A stretch of DNA of 8,335 bases from Legionellaceae bacterium. Its GTDB lineage: Bacteria; Pseudomonadota; Gammaproteobacteria; Legionellales; Legionellaceae. The stretch is from the NCBI GenBank assembly GCA_947474165.1, contig CANJHO010000121.1:1-8335 (forward strand), written 5' to 3'. Position numbers and translations under genes: made by a program. The first letter of the stretch is position 1, and every line of letters starts with the position of its first letter. The notes below the pieces were generated by a model. It was not told the origin of the DNA and did no database searches. It was given only the letters and a program-made list of their open reading frames with translations. Below, piece after piece: positions 6,650 to 8,335 of the stretch.

Positions 6650-6720
6650 ATTAACAAACTTGATTCGAATTGATTGTTCATCCGAAAAACAGGTCAAAAC
6701 GCCTATCTTACGTATATGGG
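6650..6720 (+). promoter_or_regulatory. Conserved 71-bp upstream element (copy 1), candidate promoter/operator/leader
   Basis: Starts exactly 37 nt after the terminator start and ends in TATCTTACGTATATGGG. Aligns without indels to 7220-7290 (about 59/71) and 7775-7845 (about 64/71). Confidence 0.7.
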
Positions 6721-6758
6721 TTACCGCACTTGGTGGCTCTCAACTAAAGGAGAATTAA

Positions 6759-7175
6759 ATGAGTAATAAATCTTATGTAATTGCAGTCAATATGATTCCT
6801 TATGGCATCAAGATGGTAGTTAAATCTACGACAGATTTTGTAGATGCGATTGTTAATGAATTTGAGAGGTTGGTAAATAGTGATCATGAAAAAGCCGATG
6901 GTTACCACTTAGTGCTTAAAGCAAAGCTGTTACGTGAAGATGCATTTTTTAATAAACATCCTAAGGCAGCGCACGTTCAGAAAGAAAGATGGGGTAAGTT
7001 TTGCGATCTTTGCGTTGATTTTGCCGCTCTTAATACGGTTTTATACAAAGAGCCGATATATCTAGTGCATCCGGAGCAATTTGATGAGCAGCGTGCTCGC
7101 GGCTTATTGGATCTGTCGTCTGCTGGAGGGGTAGATCTGATTCCAGAGGTTCCTGTAATGCGATTAGCAGCTTAG
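6759..7175 (+). CDS. Hypothetical protein, 138 aa
   Basis: Track ORF with an AAGGAGA SD 5 nt upstream. It is followed 7 nt later by a terminator copy. The protein ends ...VMRLAA. Confidence 0.8.
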   Translation: MSNKSYVIAVNMIPYGIKMVVKSTTDFVDAIVNEFERLVNSDHEKADGYHLVLKAKLLREDAFFNKHPKAAHVQKERWGKFCDLCVDFAALNTVLYKEPIYLVHPEQFDEQRARGLLDLSSAGGVDLIPEVPVMRLAA

Positions 7176-7182
7176 TAATAGA

Positions 7183-7204
7183 TGCCACCTTCGGGTGGCA
7201 TTTT
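7183..7204 (+). terminator. Rho-independent terminator, identical copy 2
   Basis: TGCCACCTTCGGGTGGCATTTT, starting 7 nt after stop 7175. Confidence 0.9.
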
Positions 7205-7219
7205 CTATCGGTTTCGGCA

Positions 7220-7290
7220 ATTAACAGAGTTGATTTGAATTAGTTATTCATCCGAAAAGTAGGTCGAAACGAATATCTTACATATATGGG
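7220..7290 (+). promoter_or_regulatory. Conserved 71-bp upstream element (copy 2)
   Basis: Has the same 37-nt offset from the terminator start and the same length, and ends in TATCTTACATATATGGG. Confidence 0.7.
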
Positions 7291-7331
7291 CTGTCGCTCT
7301 TGAGAGCCTTAATTAAATAGGAGAAGTTGAA

Positions 7332-7730
7332 ATGAGCATTGAGAAAATGTTGTCTATTAGCCTGGCAAATCTTGATGTAGATTGCACTATCGAGGTTCCA
7401 GTAGATATGTTCTTTGAGCTGCTTGAAAACACACCAGATTTGGTTGGGCGGTTTGGTTTTGAGAGTTCTATGAGTCAGTGGCTTGAAATGCTGTCTATGG
7501 TTAAGGCTGAATATAAAGAAGTTGGAAATTGTGATTGGTCCAAAGCTAATGCCGATGAAGAAGTTTTCTTAAGACGCTGTCAAATCGTTGTGGCTCTTGG
7601 GGCGCATTTGAAAGATATTCCCTTAATGTTATCCGGAAAAGGTTTGGTAGATTTTATTGAGGATATGGGCGGCATAGAGGTCACCGAACAGGTTTTGAAT
7701 GGCTCTCTACCCATAGAAAACTTTGCTTAA
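7332..7730 (+). CDS. Hypothetical strongly acidic protein, 132 aa
   Basis: Track ORF with an AGGAGA SD 7 nt upstream. By my count it has about 23 Asp/Glu against 9 Lys/Arg. Confidence 0.8.
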   Translation: MSIEKMLSISLANLDVDCTIEVPVDMFFELLENTPDLVGRFGFESSMSQWLEMLSMVKAEYKEVGNCDWSKANADEEVFLRRCQIVVALGAHLKDIPLMLSGKGLVDFIEDMGGIEVTEQVLNGSLPIENFA

Positions 7731-7737
7731 GTTTTAG

Positions 7738-7760
7738 TGCCACCTTCGGGTGGCATTTTT
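7738..7760 (+). terminator. Rho-independent terminator, identical copy 3
   Basis: TGCCACCTTCGGGTGGCATTTTT, starting 7 nt after stop 7730. Confidence 0.9.
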
Positions 7761-7774
7761 GTTTATATCTATTG

Positions 7775-7845
7775 ATTAACAAACTCGATTTGAATTGATT
7801 GTTTACCCGAAAAGTAGGTCAAAACGCCTATCTTAGGTATATGGG
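7775..7845 (+). promoter_or_regulatory. Conserved 71-bp upstream element (copy 3)
   Basis: Has the same 37-nt offset and ends in TATCTTAGGTATATGGG. Confidence 0.7.
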
Positions 7846-7885
7846 TTATCAATCTTGATGGCCTTCAATAAAAAAGGAGAAATGC

Positions 7886-8335
7886 ATGTGTAATTGCAAA
7901 CATACGGCAGCAGACTTTAAATTAGCAAGTGAAGCACCATTTAACTCCACTCTTATAGAGGTGGATTCTGAGTGGATGGAAATTGGATTGCAAGATGTTG
8001 AATATATGGAAGAGAATTTCCCAGATACCTTCTCAATTCCGGAAAAGGAGATTCGTGAGTCAATCCCCGTGGGAATGATGGCTAAGGTGATTGTTGATTG
8101 GGGAATTGAGGATGTTCCAAATGAGCGATTTTGGTTTGAGGTCACTTCATCGCAAGTAGATGATGTGGGCAACTTGGCGTACTTTGGAGTTTTGCGTAAT
8201 GACACCATTGTTGCCCCTTGGGGTGCAATGATGGGCCCTATCTACGCCTGGAATATCTGTGATGTTGATGCAGAGGAGTACTTTAATCGAAATACAGTTG
8301 GATGTTCCTGTGATCGGTGTCAGCAGATCGAATTA
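7886..8335 (+). CDS. Hypothetical acidic Cys-containing protein, N-terminal 150 aa (3' end off window)
   Basis: Hand-translated: MCNCKHTAADFKLASEAPFNSTLIEVDSEWMEIGLQDVEYMEENFPDTFSIPEKEIRESIPVGMMAKVIVDWGIEDVPNERFWFEVTSSQVDDVGNLAYFGVLRNDTIVAPWGAMMGPIYAWNICDVDAEEYFNRNTVGCSCDRCQQIEL... The frame is open for 150 codons to the window end. A GGAGA SD lies 5 nt upstream, at the same module position as for the other array genes. It is absent from the track only because no stop is reached. Confidence 0.8.
   Translation, partial: MCNCKHTAADFKLASEAPFNSTLIEVDSEWMEIGLQDVEYMEENFPDTFSIPEKEIRESIPVGMMAKVIVDWGIEDVPNERFWFEVTSSQVDDVGNLAYFGVLRNDTIVAPWGAMMGPIYAWNICDVDAEEYFNRNTVGCSCDRCQQIEL

Noticed and set aside
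6661-6676. tRNA T-loop-like TTCGAAT inside the conserved element, as a possible tRNA fragment or att site
   Set aside because: The flanking bases do not form a T-arm stem. The motif is TTTGAAT in the other two copies, and no other tRNA features are present.
6589-7885. Integron-like cassette array with the repeats acting as attC sites
   Set aside because: There is no conserved GTTRRRY / RYYYAAC core pair at the unit ends. The only strong inverted repeat is a short GC hairpin with a T-run, which is a classic terminator. No IntI-type integrase or attI is adjacent, and each unit includes an SD in fixed register to the next gene.
6613-7885. CRISPR array
   Set aside because: The repeats are 146-149 bp, and they are separated by 400-570-bp protein-coding segments, not 25-50-bp repeats with short spacers.
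7849-8208. Track ORF, 119 aa, minus strand
   Set aside because: It is antisense to the open-ended plus-strand gene starting at 7886, which has the module-positioned GGAGA SD. The minus-strand ORF is Ser/Thr/Ile-rich and would end inside the SD region.

Overview
AT-rich (roughly 40% GC by eye) accessory or mobile-island segment with Gram-negative-style Shine-Dalgarno usage. The left edge holds the C-terminal ~320 aa of a phage-type tyrosine integrase, whose gene runs off the window. Next comes a minus-strand block: a 150-aa hypothetical gene, a 35-bp near-perfect palindrome and two possible translationally coupled micro-ORFs. This is followed by an orphan 153-aa gene with a strong SD and a clean intrinsic terminator, a 378-bp repeat-rich non-coding stretch, and a 188-aa catalytic-domain-only (FimB/FimE-sized) tyrosine recombinase. 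Convergent with that recombinase is a two-gene minus-strand operon encoding a 243-aa protein of unknown family and a 322-aa stand-alone SIR2-like protein (ordered motifs LLGNG, TTNYN, KIHGD, IIGLGLD). This operon is my top candidate for an undescribed NAD-targeting defence system. Divergent from it starts a plus-strand array of five mutually unrelated genes. Between genes 1-2, 2-3 and 3-4... that is, ahead of the last four genes' last three members, sit three near-identical 146-149-bp modules. Each module has an identical UUCG-tetraloop terminator, a 71-bp conserved element with no indels, and an SD at fixed spacing. The first 40 bp of that element also occurs in the divergent promoter region shared with the SIR2 operon. 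The last array gene (7886 to the window end) is missing from the ORF track because it is open-ended. Five track ORFs are antisense or nested shadows. I found no rRNA, tRNA, CRISPR array or transposase.
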